This document shows, piece by piece, positions 1 through 13,100 of a stretch of 64,000 bases of DNA. The translations under genes and the position numbers were made by a program. Numbering within the stretch: position 1 is the first letter of the stretch; each line of letters opens with the position of its first letter. Source of the DNA: Hormiphora californensis (Eukaryota; Animalia; Ctenophora); assembly GCA_020137815.1 (NCBI GenBank), contig CM035360.1:4960001-5024000 (forward strand), read 5' to 3'. The notes under the pieces were generated by a model. That model ran no database searches and was not told the origin of the DNA. It saw nothing but the letters and a program-made list of their open reading frames with translations.

Positions 1-1679
1 CTACAAAAAAATAATCCGGGACATACCGGGGGAAAAAAAGGAAAAAAAAGGCAGAAAGTAAAAAGAGAAGCTGAAGAGACTCAAACCCCTTTGGAACACA
101 GGGTTACAAAAACCCCCTTTTCCCCCTTGGCAGGGGAAACGGGGGGAAATAGACGCTGTTGGGTCATCCCGATGTGGCCCGGGTTTAAGGGCCCCGCATG
201 CACTTTTTCACCCCCATCTTTTTATTCGTTTAGGGTATAAAAATTATGCGACGGAAAAAGGGGGTTTAGAGAAGAAAGGGAAATGAGAAAGAAAAAAGGG
301 AGGGGGGAAAAAAGGGGGGCTAATTTAGCTTCAAATACAAATAAACCTACAGGCGAGGTCGCTCATCAAGACCAATCCGAGAGAAATGACAAAAATCTTT
401 GGGGTTTTCAAACACTCCCCCCCCCTCTCTCTCCTCCCTCTTTCCCCTCTCACCTAATAAAAAGCGTAACCCACACCGACTCTCAACCATCACGGCCAGT
501 CCAGAGCACGCCTACTTTTCCCACGGACCCGACTCCCTCCCTCTCTGCTAAAAATACGATCGCTCATTGGGTACTGTCTCGAGGGGAGAATACTCGATTG
601 TGATTGGTCAGTGACCCAGGTCATGTGATCCCCGAAGGAGGAGAGAATATAGCCTTAATCCTTTTTTCGATTCCAGAGGGGGAGATCGTGGGAAAACCCA
701 ACTGAAAAGGGGGAAAGGGGGGTCCCTTTCTCCCGAGGGGTAAAAGGGGTAAAGGGAAAAAGAGAGAGGGAGAAAAAAGGGAAAAAGGAAAAAGGAAAAA
801 GAAAAAAGAGGGGAGAAAAAGAGAAAAAAGAAGGAAAAAAAGGGAAAAAAGGGGGGAAAAAAAAAAAAGACATTCAGATAACTTAGAAGGAGCAACCAAT
901 GGACCCGGCCCTTCTAGCAGTTTTTTTCCCCATATCACACTATTAAAATCGAGACAAGGGGGACTTTCGTGGCAGAGAGATGGGTTGATACCACCAGACA
1001 GCCCCCATTCAAACAACAGTTGTTGCAGTTCGTAAACAATCGTCAACTCATGCAAGGTTTCTCTCTTTCCCACTCTCTCTGTCTCTCTGACCTCTCTCTC
1101 TAACTCTCTCTCTCCTGACAATATAATCATTTCATGGCTATTGATACATTATGCCCAATCTCCAAGGCTTCCCTACAGTTGTGAAGAAGTGTCTCGTAAA
1201 GTAGGTGGTAAAGACGCGAAAGTCTGTGCTATAATATTCAAGAAGATAATAATAGGAGACGTGAGGTTCTATAATAGTCAAGAAAATAATAGATGTGAGT
1301 GGACACTAAAGATAGAAATGACTGAGGTCTCACATTTGCATCCCAAACCCATAACACGATATCTCTCTCGCTAATACAGCTCCCCACTTACTTAACCAGC
1401 ACACGATCAGCATAATGCGGGGTAGGGGGGGGGGCAATTAGGAGAACAAGAGAGAAGAAGAGATAGATCGGGCACAACAACTCCAGATAGAATAGGGTGA
1501 CGGTAGTCCATGAGGAGAGAGAGGATGAGAGAGAGAGGGTGTGAGAGTGAGAGAGAGAGAGAGAGATTGGACGAGCCACGAGAGCTAGAGATATTACCCA
1601 AATTGGTGTTCTAATGGTACCAGCGGCAGCCGCATAGGGGGTACGCGAAGAGGCTGTCGTGTTTAGTCAACAAGCCCTC

Positions 1680-1768
1680 CATACTGGTCCCTGATTGGCT
1701 GATAACGAGTCACGTGACCTAACTAACGAGTTCTGATTGGTTGTTTACTTGTGTCGGTCAGTTCCTGC
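1680..1768. repeat. Short interspersed repeat, second copy at ~55690-55780
   Basis: ATACTGGTCCCTGATTGGCTGATAACGAGTCACGTGACCTAA..AACGAGTTCTGATTGGTTGT..ACTTGT..CGGTC..CCTG is nearly identical at both loci. Confidence 0.85.
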
Positions 1769-3391
1769 AAGCTCTCCATCTAGGACTTCTTCTTCTTCTC
1801 AGTCTCACTTGGTCTATTAGCCCTCAACAACCCTCTTGGGGGAGTGTGGTGTTTAATGGGGGGAGGGCAGCCCATGAGAGACCGGGAGAGGGGCAGCCCT
1901 TTGTTCCTAGCTGATATCACACAATGGTGACTCAGCAACTGGAGAAAGAATGAGTGGTGATTGAATCCGTCCTTGGAAAAATATTATCTAAAATAGCCAT
2001 AACTCAAGCCTAAAGAAGGCCGGTACGATCTCTTTATCATATTTGTCTCACAACCTCGCGTGCCTCTCGTTGCCCCTCTTTAGCAAGCTAGGAAGTGTTG
2101 ATGAGACAGTTAGGGAGATAAATAGTTACTAAATAGGACCCGGTGATTGGAAAAGAGAGAGCAGCTTGATCAGGTTGATTGGGTAGAGCTGGGAACAAGA
2201 GTAAACAAATTAGCTCCCTCCCCTCTCCACCCCCCTCTCCCTCTCACTCCCTCTATCTAGCTCTCTCTCCCCCCTATATCATCATTGCAGAGTAAACACA
2301 GTTAGCGGTGAAATAGAAGACGCGGCGGGTAGGATATGACACGGAACACCAATCATACTCCCAGGGTGATCTCCATGTCTCCCTAATTGATCACGTGATG
2401 AGTTCAGATCGTGTGTGTGAGTGAAGCTGTACAAGAGCTGCTGTGTACATTGCTGGATCAGTTGTTGAGAAATAATAGGTGGGAGGGGATGGCCAATAGG
2501 ATCCCGGTCCCTTGATATCGAAGACACCTCACGCGCGCTGGCAAGGGGTAACTTCGTAACCAACCCGGTCCCCGGATCAGTGAAATGGAATGAGAGTTCC
2601 CGAATAATCGATCAATTTTCAGTTGATACAAGAAATGGATACCCGATACAAAGAAAAAAAAGCGGGACTACTCGGGTCTTGTTGGGCAAGGAACCCCTCT
2701 TTATCAATGGAATACCGACTGATACAAACCCGTAGAGCACGAAGAAACAAGAACAACACTATCAAGAAAGAGAATCAATAGAGATATCATGCCTGCATTG
2801 TAGGGTAGGTATCTTGTTGTGTATGGGTATCATGGATCAAATCAGTGTTGTTCTATTTGAGAGGGGTAACACAGTAACACTATTTGTCTTTAGTGGTATA
2901 GTCTATATGGTATCGAGATCATGAGATACTGTCTCTGTCATAAGAAAGAAATACGAAATAGCTGTCTATTTCACGAACAATACAGCGTTGAAGAGAAAAT
3001 TATATCAAGATCATCTGAATCAAAACAACATACTCAAAAGTCCAAGATCGACTTGATAGACAATGGCTCTTGGCTTGACGTTCAATAATATTGGCCGACT
3101 ATAACAGCAGTAAAACAATAGATAATGGAGAAATGAGTGGGAGATAATGGTTCGGAGTACTCTCTCTCTCTCCTATCTCTCTCTTTCTCTCTTTCTCTCT
3201 TTCTATCCATCTCTCACTCTTTCTTTCTATCCATCTCTCTCTCTCTCTCTCTCTTTTTCTATCTGTATATCAATCTCTCTACTGCAGTTAAAGTGCACGC
3301 TAGGTATCAAAGCTCTAAAGTCACGCCCACTGGAGCCCACTGCACGCGTCTATATCGTGCACTTTGTATGATCAATAGCCCTCCTCCTTCA

Positions 3392-3496
<105 letters not shown>

Positions 3497-3814
3497 TCTC
3501 TACCACTTTAACGCTGGTGGTGGTGGGCGGCTTGTCTCTGATCGTACACAGAGTCAGATTAAAAGAGCACACACCAGCACGATTCGATGCTCTCAGACTC
3601 TCTTCCATAGTTACTCTCTCCATTTCTTTGTCTATCATGTCTATCTCTTTTTCTCCTTCGCGTACGAAAACTATTTAAAAGGGCACGCATTAACACAATG
3701 GGGATCACAAGACGGCTTTGAAAGCATCTATCTCTTTTTTCTCTCTATCTCTCCTTTTGATATCTCAGGCCACCACTGTTGATCAGAATGGGCTACTCAT
3801 GTGCAGTGTGCTCC

Positions 3815-3922
<108 letters not shown>

Positions 3923-4750
3923 CTTTCTAAAGGATGATACTCTACGATAAGTATTTAACCGCTCGTGTGGGAGTGGCTGTAAAAAGGACGGAACAGAGCA
4001 AAAAAAAACAATGAATAGGCTTTGAGAGGATATCTGTGGGGGGGGGGGGGGGGGGGGTTGGTCTGTCTGGGCCATTTTAGTGCAAACTGATCTGGCCTCT
4101 GAGCCATGCATGGGACAAAGTAGTAGTACAGAAAATGTAGAACTGCCTGCTCTTGCCTTTTTGGCCTATTTCGAATATCATATGGCCGTTCGCGTTCTGT
4201 ATGAATTAGTTTGTCGATAACGCACTAACGAATCGGGGGAGGTACTTCTCAAGAAGCCGCGGGTAATAAACAGCACCGGTCATAATGGATAACACGAGAA
4301 ACCATGGGCCGCGAAAGCCGTCTGCACAAAATTAAATTTAGATATATACTTTGAACATTACCAGAAAACGAAACGTGGAACTTGCTTTGTTCAACAGGTC
4401 GAAACAAGAACGTTGGAACAGGGGGAGAGAATAAAAAACCCTTTTAAAACATAGGCTTGGGAGGAAAAAACCCCTTAAATTTTAACCTTTTTTGTAACTT
4501 TTTGAGCTTAGCACGATGTAGCAAAAACAATGAACCGAACACTTCACTGCTCCTTTTTCCTGCTAAATTCTTTCTCTTAACCTGCCTTGCCCAGTCAAAA
4601 TTTTATTCTCGAGCGCTTCCTTCACGGGTTTTCTAATTTTCCCAGCCAGAATAGAAATAGAGTGCCAACTTGTTGAGTGCTTAGTAAGTACTCAGCAAGT
4701 TTCTATTCTGGCTGGGAAAAGTACTCAACAGGTGCCAAGGGTGTGTCATT

Positions 4751-5940
4751 GGCAGGTGAGTAGAACTTCGCTCCTAATAAAAGGCTGCAAAAAGGGCGCA
4801 ATAAAAGGTGCAATAAAAGGCTGCAATAAAAGGTGCAAAAAAAAGGCTGCAAAAAAAAGGCGAAATAAAGGCTGCAAAAAAAGCGAAATAAAAGGCTGCA
4901 AGGGATCACGTTTAACCAGACTAAAGCGGGGAAAGACCAAATCGTCCCTCCCAAATAGTGTTTCGTATACGTATCGGTGTAAGAGACCGATCCCCCTCCC
5001 CAAATTATAGTGATTGTGCCCCGTATCCAACAGACATATGCGATAGGACCAGTAGAGGGGTACGGTGGAAGAGAGAGGAAAAAATCAAATCCGGTAGTAT
5101 CCGTACCATGGTATCCTCAAAATGAAAAGCGGTTCCCCAATTGCAAAACCCTCATCTTCCCATGTGATTCCTACCGCATATGTTTTCTCCTTTGTCTTTC
5201 CGTACGATAACGTTTCGTAGAGGTATCGTAACTCTGAGAGTTTTGGGTTTAAATTAAATGAAGGGGGTTTCCCTATAATTTCACCAAATGGGGCCCCAAA
5301 TACTATTCTGATTTTTACCCTTTTTCGCCAATAGTCTTTTTGACAATTCAGTAGAGGGGGATCACCCAAAAATACATGATAGGGGAACCAAAGGGGTTTG
5401 GGGGTTTTACCTGTCCCCTTTTGCTCACGCTCAACAAAGGATTTTTTCCCCCTACCGGTAGGGAGTACCTCATTGACCAACACTCTCAGAGACTGCTACC
5501 TCTACTAATCGGGGATCTACGGGAAAGACAAGGGGGATACATAGCGGTAGAGAATCACGATCGGACCCATGAGGTCTCAGTTGGTAAACCCCTTTTCTTA
5601 GAGGAACCATGGTACGTGATACCAACCGTGATTCGTTTTCACTCTCTCAGTTCTCCTGATTTCGCTCTCTATCTCGGTCTCTATCGCATAGGTCTGTTGG
5701 GATACTGCCAAACACTAAATTTAGGGGTGGTGATTCGGCCCCTCTCTACAGCCGAACTGATAAAAAACACTATTAGGGTGGGGCGTTCGGTCTACCCCCC
5801 GCTTTAGTCTGGTTGGATACGTGACCCCCTTTCGCCTTTTATTGCCCCTTTTTTATTGCAGCCTTTTATTGCACCCTTTTTATTGAAACCTTTTTTTTGC
5901 GCTTTTATTAGCCTTTTTAGGAGCAATTTTCCTCCCTGCC
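4751..5940. mobile_element. Foldback-type palindromic element (~1.2 kb) with subterminal tandem subrepeats
   Basis: Ends are GGCAGG.. and ..CCTGCC. (AATAAAAGGCTGC)n at 4775-4900 is mirrored by (GCAGCCTTTTATT)n at 5830-5920. Inner matches include CCAGACTAAAGCGGGG (~4917) vs CCCCGCTTTAGTCTGG (~5797). Confidence 0.65.
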
Positions 5941-6489
5941 GTGTTTTCTCAAAATTTGTTACAAAACAATGTAAATTTCACTTTAATTTACTGTAGTACA
6001 GCCTGCAGTAGAAAAAAACTACCTTAGAGTAACCGTTGAAATTTTTATAAAAAAGTACCGCTAATACATGTTTTTTCTCCCCTCGTGTTTTTTTGTTTTT
6101 TTTGTTGCACATATATTCGTGCAATTGACAGTCGTTGTTGTTCATTTGACGGGGATCGGGGATCCCTTTTTTTGTTGAGAAACTCTAGGTCCCTGCGGGG
6201 AAAAATAGGGCCCGGTTACAGATTTTTCGAACTCAAACGAGCATAGCTGTTCATATGTGGTTTTTTAAAAAAGGAGGGCCCCGGGGGGGGGGGGGGGTGA
6301 AAGGGGGGGGGAAGAGGTGAAAAACTAAGAGGGGGAAAAACTTCAGTACGTAGAGTATTTAGAATAGGGTAGTAGAGATAGTTCAGGTATAATATAGTAT
6401 ATAGTTTGAAGAAGAGTACGAATAGTTCATGTTTGCCCCGCCTGCTGGTTCTGAGGGCCCTGTTAAACCCCTTGTTTTACCTGCATTGC

Positions 6490-7911
6490 CTCTCCTCTAG
6501 TTCTCTCTCTCTCTCTCCTTTCTCTCCCTCTCGTCTCTCTCTCGTCATCTTCTCTCTCTCTCTCTCATCTCTCCTCATCTCTCTCTCTCTCTCTCATCAC
6601 CTCTCTCGCTCTCTCATCTCCCTCATCATCTCTCTCCTCTCTCTCTCCTTCTCTCTCCTCTCGTCTCTCTCTCTCTCTCTCCTCTCCCTCCTCTCTCCCC
6701 CTACTCTCTCTCTCTCTCTCTCTCCTCTCCGTCTCTCCTCTCTCTCTCCTCTCTCGTCTCCTCCCTCTTCTCTCGTCTCTCATTCTCTCTCGTCTCCTAT
6801 CTCTCTCTCACTCGGTGACTCTCTCTCTCCCTCTCTCTCTCTCTCTCTCCCCCCCCTCTCTTCTCGGTCTCCCCTCCTCGCTTCTCATCCCTCGCCGCCT
6901 CATCTCGGGCTCTCTCTCTCGTCTCTCCCTCTTCCTCTCCCCTCCTCCGCCTCTCTCTCTCTCCTCACCTCTCTCTCCTCCTCCCTCTCCCCCTCTCACT
7001 CCGGCTTCTCAATCTCCCTCCTCCTCCTCCTCCTCTCTTCTCTCCCTCTCTTCTCTTCTCGTCCTCTCCTTCCTCCTCTCTCTCTCTCTCTCCCCATCCT
7101 CATCTCCTCTCCCTCCTCTCTCCCTCCCCCCTCCCTTCGTCCTCTCTTCTCCCCTCGCTCCTCTCTCCTCTCTCATCTCCTCTCTCTCCTCCTCTCCCCG
7201 GGTCACCTCTCCTCCGTCTCCTTCTCTCTCTCGGTCTCCCCTCTCACTCTCTCGTCCTTCTCTCTCGCCCTCTCCCCCTCCTCCACCCTCCTCTCCTCTC
7301 CTCCAACATCTTCTCCCCCTCTCTCCTCCTCTCCTCTCTCTCTCCTTCTTACTTCTCTCTCACCTCACTCACTCCGTCTCCTCTCTCCCGCCCTCCCCGC
7401 CTCTCTCTCTCTCTCTCCTCCTCTCCCTCCTCACCCTCTCTCTCTCTCCTCTCCCCTTCCTCTCCTCCTCCCTCTCTCTCATCCGCTCTTCCCTCTCATC
7501 TCACCTGCTCTCTCCCTCTCTCTCTCCCCTCTCTCTTTCTTCTGATCTCCTCTCCCCTCTCTCTTGTCTCTCTCCTCTCCCCCATCTCTCTCTCTCTCCC
7601 AAATTCCTCCCTCTCCTTCTCTCCTCCTCCCTGCTCTCTCTCTCCCTCTCTCCCTCCTTATCCCTCTCTCTCTCCTCTCTCGCCCCCCCTCTCCCTCTCT
7701 CCTCCTCACTCTCCCTCCCCTCTCCCTCTCTCGTCCTCTCTCCGGTCTCCGCTCCTATCCTCCCTCTCGTCTCCTCGCCGCCTCTCCTTCCTCTCCCGCA
7801 TCTTCCTCCTCATCCTCTCTCTCGGTCTCTCCCCTTCGCCTCTCCCCCTCGTCTCTCCTCTCATCTCTCTTCTCTCCTAGTTCGAAATCTCTTCATCATC
7901 TCGATCTCTCC

Positions 7912-8002
<91 letters not shown>

Positions 8003-8005
8003 TCT
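6490..8005. repeat. ~1.5-kb degenerate CT-rich/(CT)n tract
   Basis: Almost pure pyrimidine on the + strand, ending in perfect (CT)n. Similar tracts occur at 3160-3500, 3820-3930, 21985-22090, 22757-22980, 37758-37905, 43240-43360, 44415-44900, 45940-46200, 47460-47530 and 52500-52800. Confidence 0.95.
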
Positions 8006-9281
8006 TTTGACAGTTACCGTCAGTAACCTTGTTACATTTGACAACTAAAATAACAGAGAAACCATCATACTGGAACACCGGCCCCCTGCATTGTTGTTAT
8101 AATACTCAACAATGAACACCAGTTCTTCCCTTTGATGTTTATCGCCCCCCACTCCTGGACTAGGATTCCCTTGTTTATCGCCCCCTCCCTCGACTAGGAT
8201 TCCCTTAACTATACTTCTTACCCTCCCTGATCTCGACAAAATAGTATGTCTCGTGCAGTGTCTAGGTCAAATTATTGAGTTCCTTCTTTAGTGAAGGAGA
8301 ACCCCGCGTAATTCAGTTGACTGATTGAGACCATTGTGTAGACTACATTATTATTGATATCACCGCAATGCCCTACCACTGATCTTGCGATAATCATATA
8401 GCTACCCTAAACTGAGCCTATACTTGTTGCTGAACACCAGCCTACTATAATACATGTCTCCTGTCATGCTATGGAGACTACTGTTATACGTAACTTCTTA
8501 TGACGTCATACATATCACGTCATCCCTGCTGTTGAGGAGGAGGCTTATGACCATGCATTCATTTTTTCAATCTTTGTTTCATGCTATTGCGAGTTTTCTT
8601 AGGGAATAAACCTTTGTAGGGTACACCATCTGGTTTCCCAATCACAGCGAGAGGAACTTACTAAGGAACTGCCCCATGTGAAACAGGGCCATCTTTCTCC
8701 CTCTCTCTCTTTCTCTCTCACTCTCAAGTAAAGGATATATCTCTCACTCTCTCTCTCGCTCAACAACTCACTTTCGCACACACCTCCAAGATGAGCTCGC
8801 AGTGCACTTTTTGTGTTTTATTGCTCAAATTACTTGAAGTTCTGGCAACAAAACAATGACCACCTGATTCCGAGGCCGGTCTCCACTTTGTGAGCGATGT
8901 AAACAAGTAGATTACCCATCGTTCCACCAGAGAGAAGGGAGCTACTGGCTGTTATCTATAAATTCGCATATATTTTAAACGCTAAATCGATTCGGACTCC
9001 ATACACCAATGAGTTTTACAATCCAGCTCTGCAGGATTCCCCCGGTACGTCATTATTAGCTGCAGCAGTGAAATTCTGCTGACATTTTTTTCATGACGTT
9101 CAGATGGCTCTGGATTATTATTATTCTGTATAACTATCAAATGATGTTTAAAAACCCCCTGCAGTCATGATAATCCTTGTTGAGTAAGTAACCCCTTTTG
9201 TAAAGATAATCTAGAATATCCAGAAGATCATGTCACATTATGACAGTGATTCCACGAGCTCGTTTTAGGATAAGAAATATA

Positions 9282-10095
9282 GGGTCATTGTGGAAGGAAA
9301 ATGAGAAAGTGGGAGACTCAGGTCACGCCACATTTTAACATGTCTAGTCCTTACCTCATATTGCGACTAATAATCTGCTTTAAACGTTTTTAGTTTTGTC
9401 GCATAATAATAATGCTGGGTCGTGCAGCTGCAGTAGAGTTAGACATTCAAGATTGCAGGCTTTAGCTTATGACAAAAGTCCCCGAAAAGTTTCATTTTAA
9501 GTTCGAAATGTTCCCAGTTATTGTGATTGACATTTGACATTTGCTCGTCTATACGTGAAAAGAGGGATAGGGTGGGGCGGCTTGATCCTGCACCTGCACT
9601 TGTAATTACTTGATTTTGTCATCGTTCCATGAAATTGTGATTGGCAACTAGTGAATCAGTCGGCCAGCCGATGTGAGGGAGACAGCAGACTTAGTTTGTA
9701 ACTGCGTTATGTATTTAGTTTCAACATCCCCCGATGCAAAAGATAAATACGTCAATAACTAAAATTTTGAGTTATTTACGTATTTATCGTTTGCATCGAG
9801 TCAAAATCATCATAAAAATCGAGCGTCATTCTGTGTTTGCTATTCATGTCAGCACCTGAATTGTCAACCAGTTATATCGTCACTGCAGCAGGCATTATCA
9901 ATCGATGCAGCTGGTCAAGCTTGTCGAATTGCTGGAGAATCTCCAACATTTGCATCTTTATTGTTGTTAATTGATAGAACTCTGGCACAGCTGATGCGAC
10001 GCGTGACTCGTGAGATAGTTTAAAGCCGAGATTTTTTGAATCTTGATTGATTTTGAGTACTGTAAAAATGTTCTCTTTCTTGTCCAAAATGACCC
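9282..10095. mobile_element. Possible non-autonomous TIR element (MITE)
   Basis: TATAGGGTCATTGTGGA at ~9278 and its near reverse complement TCCAAAATGACCCTATA at ~10083. Confidence 0.4.
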
Positions 10096-10186
10096 TATAC
10101 TTAGCTCTTATGATCCCACACCATGAGTATGACCCTTTAATACTAGTACTCCCTAGTTAAATAGCAATTAAAGAATCCTTCACACG

Positions 10187-13100
10187 ATGATAAAGAAGGA
10201 GTTCGATGCCCTAGAGACGTTCTACCTGGTGTACTTTTGTGTGATATTTGTAGTGGGGATGACACTCAATATCCTCATCACACTGACCTTCATGAGGCAC
10301 AGGAAAATAAGGTATATTGTACCTCACACCTCACACATCACACCTTCGTTCAAATACTCTCTCTGAACAAGTCAACTCACGCCGGTAAGGGTGGCTTCCA
10401 ATATACCTTCTCCAGAGCTACTATGGGGGGAGCAAAGTTACCATCTCTAACTTTGTTGTACAACTCAACATATCTAACTAACATGTGTTTCATTGTTCAG
10501 TAACAACACGTGTATTTCAGGGGCAGTATCAGCAACATGATCTTTATGAGCCTGGTGTTTGTTAACTCCTGTACCATCGTCATCACCATCCCTGTATCCA
10601 TCGTGTCACGGGTAAGAGAGCTCCACAAGGAGAGGGTTAGATTTTGTTGTATCCATCGTGTCACGGGTAAGAGAGCAACGAGAGGGATTGATTTTGTTGC
10701 ATCCATCGTGTCACGGGTAAGCAATTGTGTGCACTGGACCCACTATCGATATTTCAATCAGAATATGTTTCCCAATTCTCTATATGTATTTCTTATCCCA
10801 TACTTGCCTTGTTCGACCCTCTCTCTCTCTCTTCGTCCCGTAAGGGGGAGTCAGAAAATAACAAGTCAATAATAGAACATATGTTTCTCAGTATTAGGAT
10901 TATATCCCCTACATCTTCTCTCTTATCCAGTTGAGAGGTTCATTCCCCTGGCCACTAGATGAAGAGGACCAGAGTACCCTGTGTTCTATATTTGGGGTGG
11001 TGGATAACACAGTGGCAGTTTGCAGTATCTGGACTCTGGGATTGTACGCTATCGATAGGTGGGTTTATCTGATCATAACTAACGGTCCACAATAGTAGCA
11101 TACTCCTGACCCTAGCTTTTTATCAACCCCCAACTCAGATTTCAGAACTCGTATAGCAATCAGAACGACCTTTAATAATATACTTGCTAAACTACTCCAA
11201 ACCTCACCCCCACTATATTTGCAGGTTGATGTATGTGATGTTTCCTCTGAACTACCACAGAAAGATAACCCGTTCCCGGATAGTTGGTGCCCTAATTGCC
11301 ATCTGGCTGTTCTCTGTAGCCCTCTCCCTACCACCCGCAATGGGCTACAATCACTACAGGTACACAGTGTGTAGTTCATGTTCTCGAATCTCGGCATTCT
11401 CGCGAGAAATAGAAATGATGATTGACCCCGATATAATACCGTGCTCGTTACCCCGGTCAATAAGGGTCAGATCGAAGTTGAGTAATGTTATCCTAGAACC
11501 ATGTTGCTGTTAGTGAGAGGATCTTAGTTATGATTAGTGCAAGTGAGATGGGACCCCGATTCTGATTAGTGGAAGGATGCTGGATCTGATTAGTGAGAGG
11601 ATCTGATTAACACGTACTCGGATCACGTGATCTCAGATCTCCCTAACAACAACAGGGTATATCGTGTTCTCAACTCGCACCAGATACGTGACCCGCTTCC
11701 TAACCCGCCATGTGATACGGGGTGCGTTTAGGGCATTCCCTATCTCTGCTTGTTAATCAGATATCTCTTATAAGCAGTCCTACTGTCACATCCAGATATC
11801 ATCAATCACTATCTCTCCTCTCTCTTCACTGCCAACAACTAACAATCTAAGATGAATACTCCTCGGATATCTCCTAACCTAAGAATTCACTCCGCCCGCC
11901 GCCTCAGATCCTCTCCTACCCCCTCCTCACTCCCCCTCTCTCCTGATTCTGCCAGTGGAACTCCTAGCACACATCCTTATCCTACCTGCCTCTCCCTGAC
12001 CTGGTCAGGACTTCCAGCACCTGCTCTACACTCCGGTCCCTAGTGACACCTCTCCAACGTGCTTCCATAGCCATACTCCGCCGGACACGAAGAGGAGATC
12101 AGGAGAATCTGACCGCCAGCCCTTCACCTGATCGTGCTACCTCTCTTGGACCCCTAACTGTCCTGAACGTTTCCCCTGCCTCCAGTAGCAGCCCTAGCCC
12201 CAAGTTTAGGACACCTGTCGCAGCCCGGATGGACAGGAAGCGACCCGCAGCAACCCCTAGCCCTGACACCTCCCGGATATCTGATACAGCACCCCTTGAA
12301 GCCCAGAAGACACCGCTAAGGTCTATGGATAAGAGGAGCAAGAAACGATTGAGACGTCTCTGAGCTACTATGATGTGGATAATTATTTGTTATTTGATAT
12401 TATTTGAAATTAATTAATCTGAAATAACTGAACATGAATTTGATACAAGTAGAACATTTCTCGAACTAACCAAGTATTCTCTCCCAGGTTCAGTATGAAC
12501 TCCTACACATGTGCCATCTCGATCACCTTCCACGACTACATGCTGATATTCTTTGTCGGTGCATTCCCCATCCCCCTAACAACCATCTGTATCAGCTACA
12601 TCCTCATCTACACCATTGCCAGGTACGGAATACACAAATTAAATATCCCAAATTTCATGGGACTGTTAGGAATGTCTTCTTCTTCTCTCGGTGTTGGGTC
12701 AGGGTGGTAGAAAGAGACATTACACTTCACAATTTGTGAAGACATGGCCATTCTGACACAATTAAATTCTCACATAGGGCAAACGATAGACGTGTTGGGC
12801 ACCTTGCAGTTACTCTATACGCAGGGAACCGTTCCCTTATTGACAAGGCGAAATCCAAGTAAGTGCCCAACTCCAACTAGCCCCATTTCCCCCTTCCCTA
12901 GCCCCGTTTCTTTATTTGTGTCCTATTATGCTCCCCGGTTTGATTCTGATCAGATAGCAATCACTGATCCAACCTCTCTCGATTGCAGTATCTCGTACCC
13001 CCTATAACCCCCTTACCTCATTTCCAGTATCAAGTCGACGGCGGTGGTAACAGCTGTCATTTCCATATCCCTGATCTGTATGCTGCCAATCTTTATCATT

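Noticed and set aside
1785-2790. Possible minus-strand gene (hydrophobic start near 2790, putative last exon 1785-1938 ending ..ETEKKKKS*)
   Set aside because: Frames break repeatedly in noisy sequence and no family motif is recognisable.
6406-8026. Long Ser/Leu- or Glu/Arg-rich ORFs (also at 3137, 22714, 37602, 45774, 47342, 53219)
   Set aside because: They are translations of CT/GA microsatellites, which lack stop codons.
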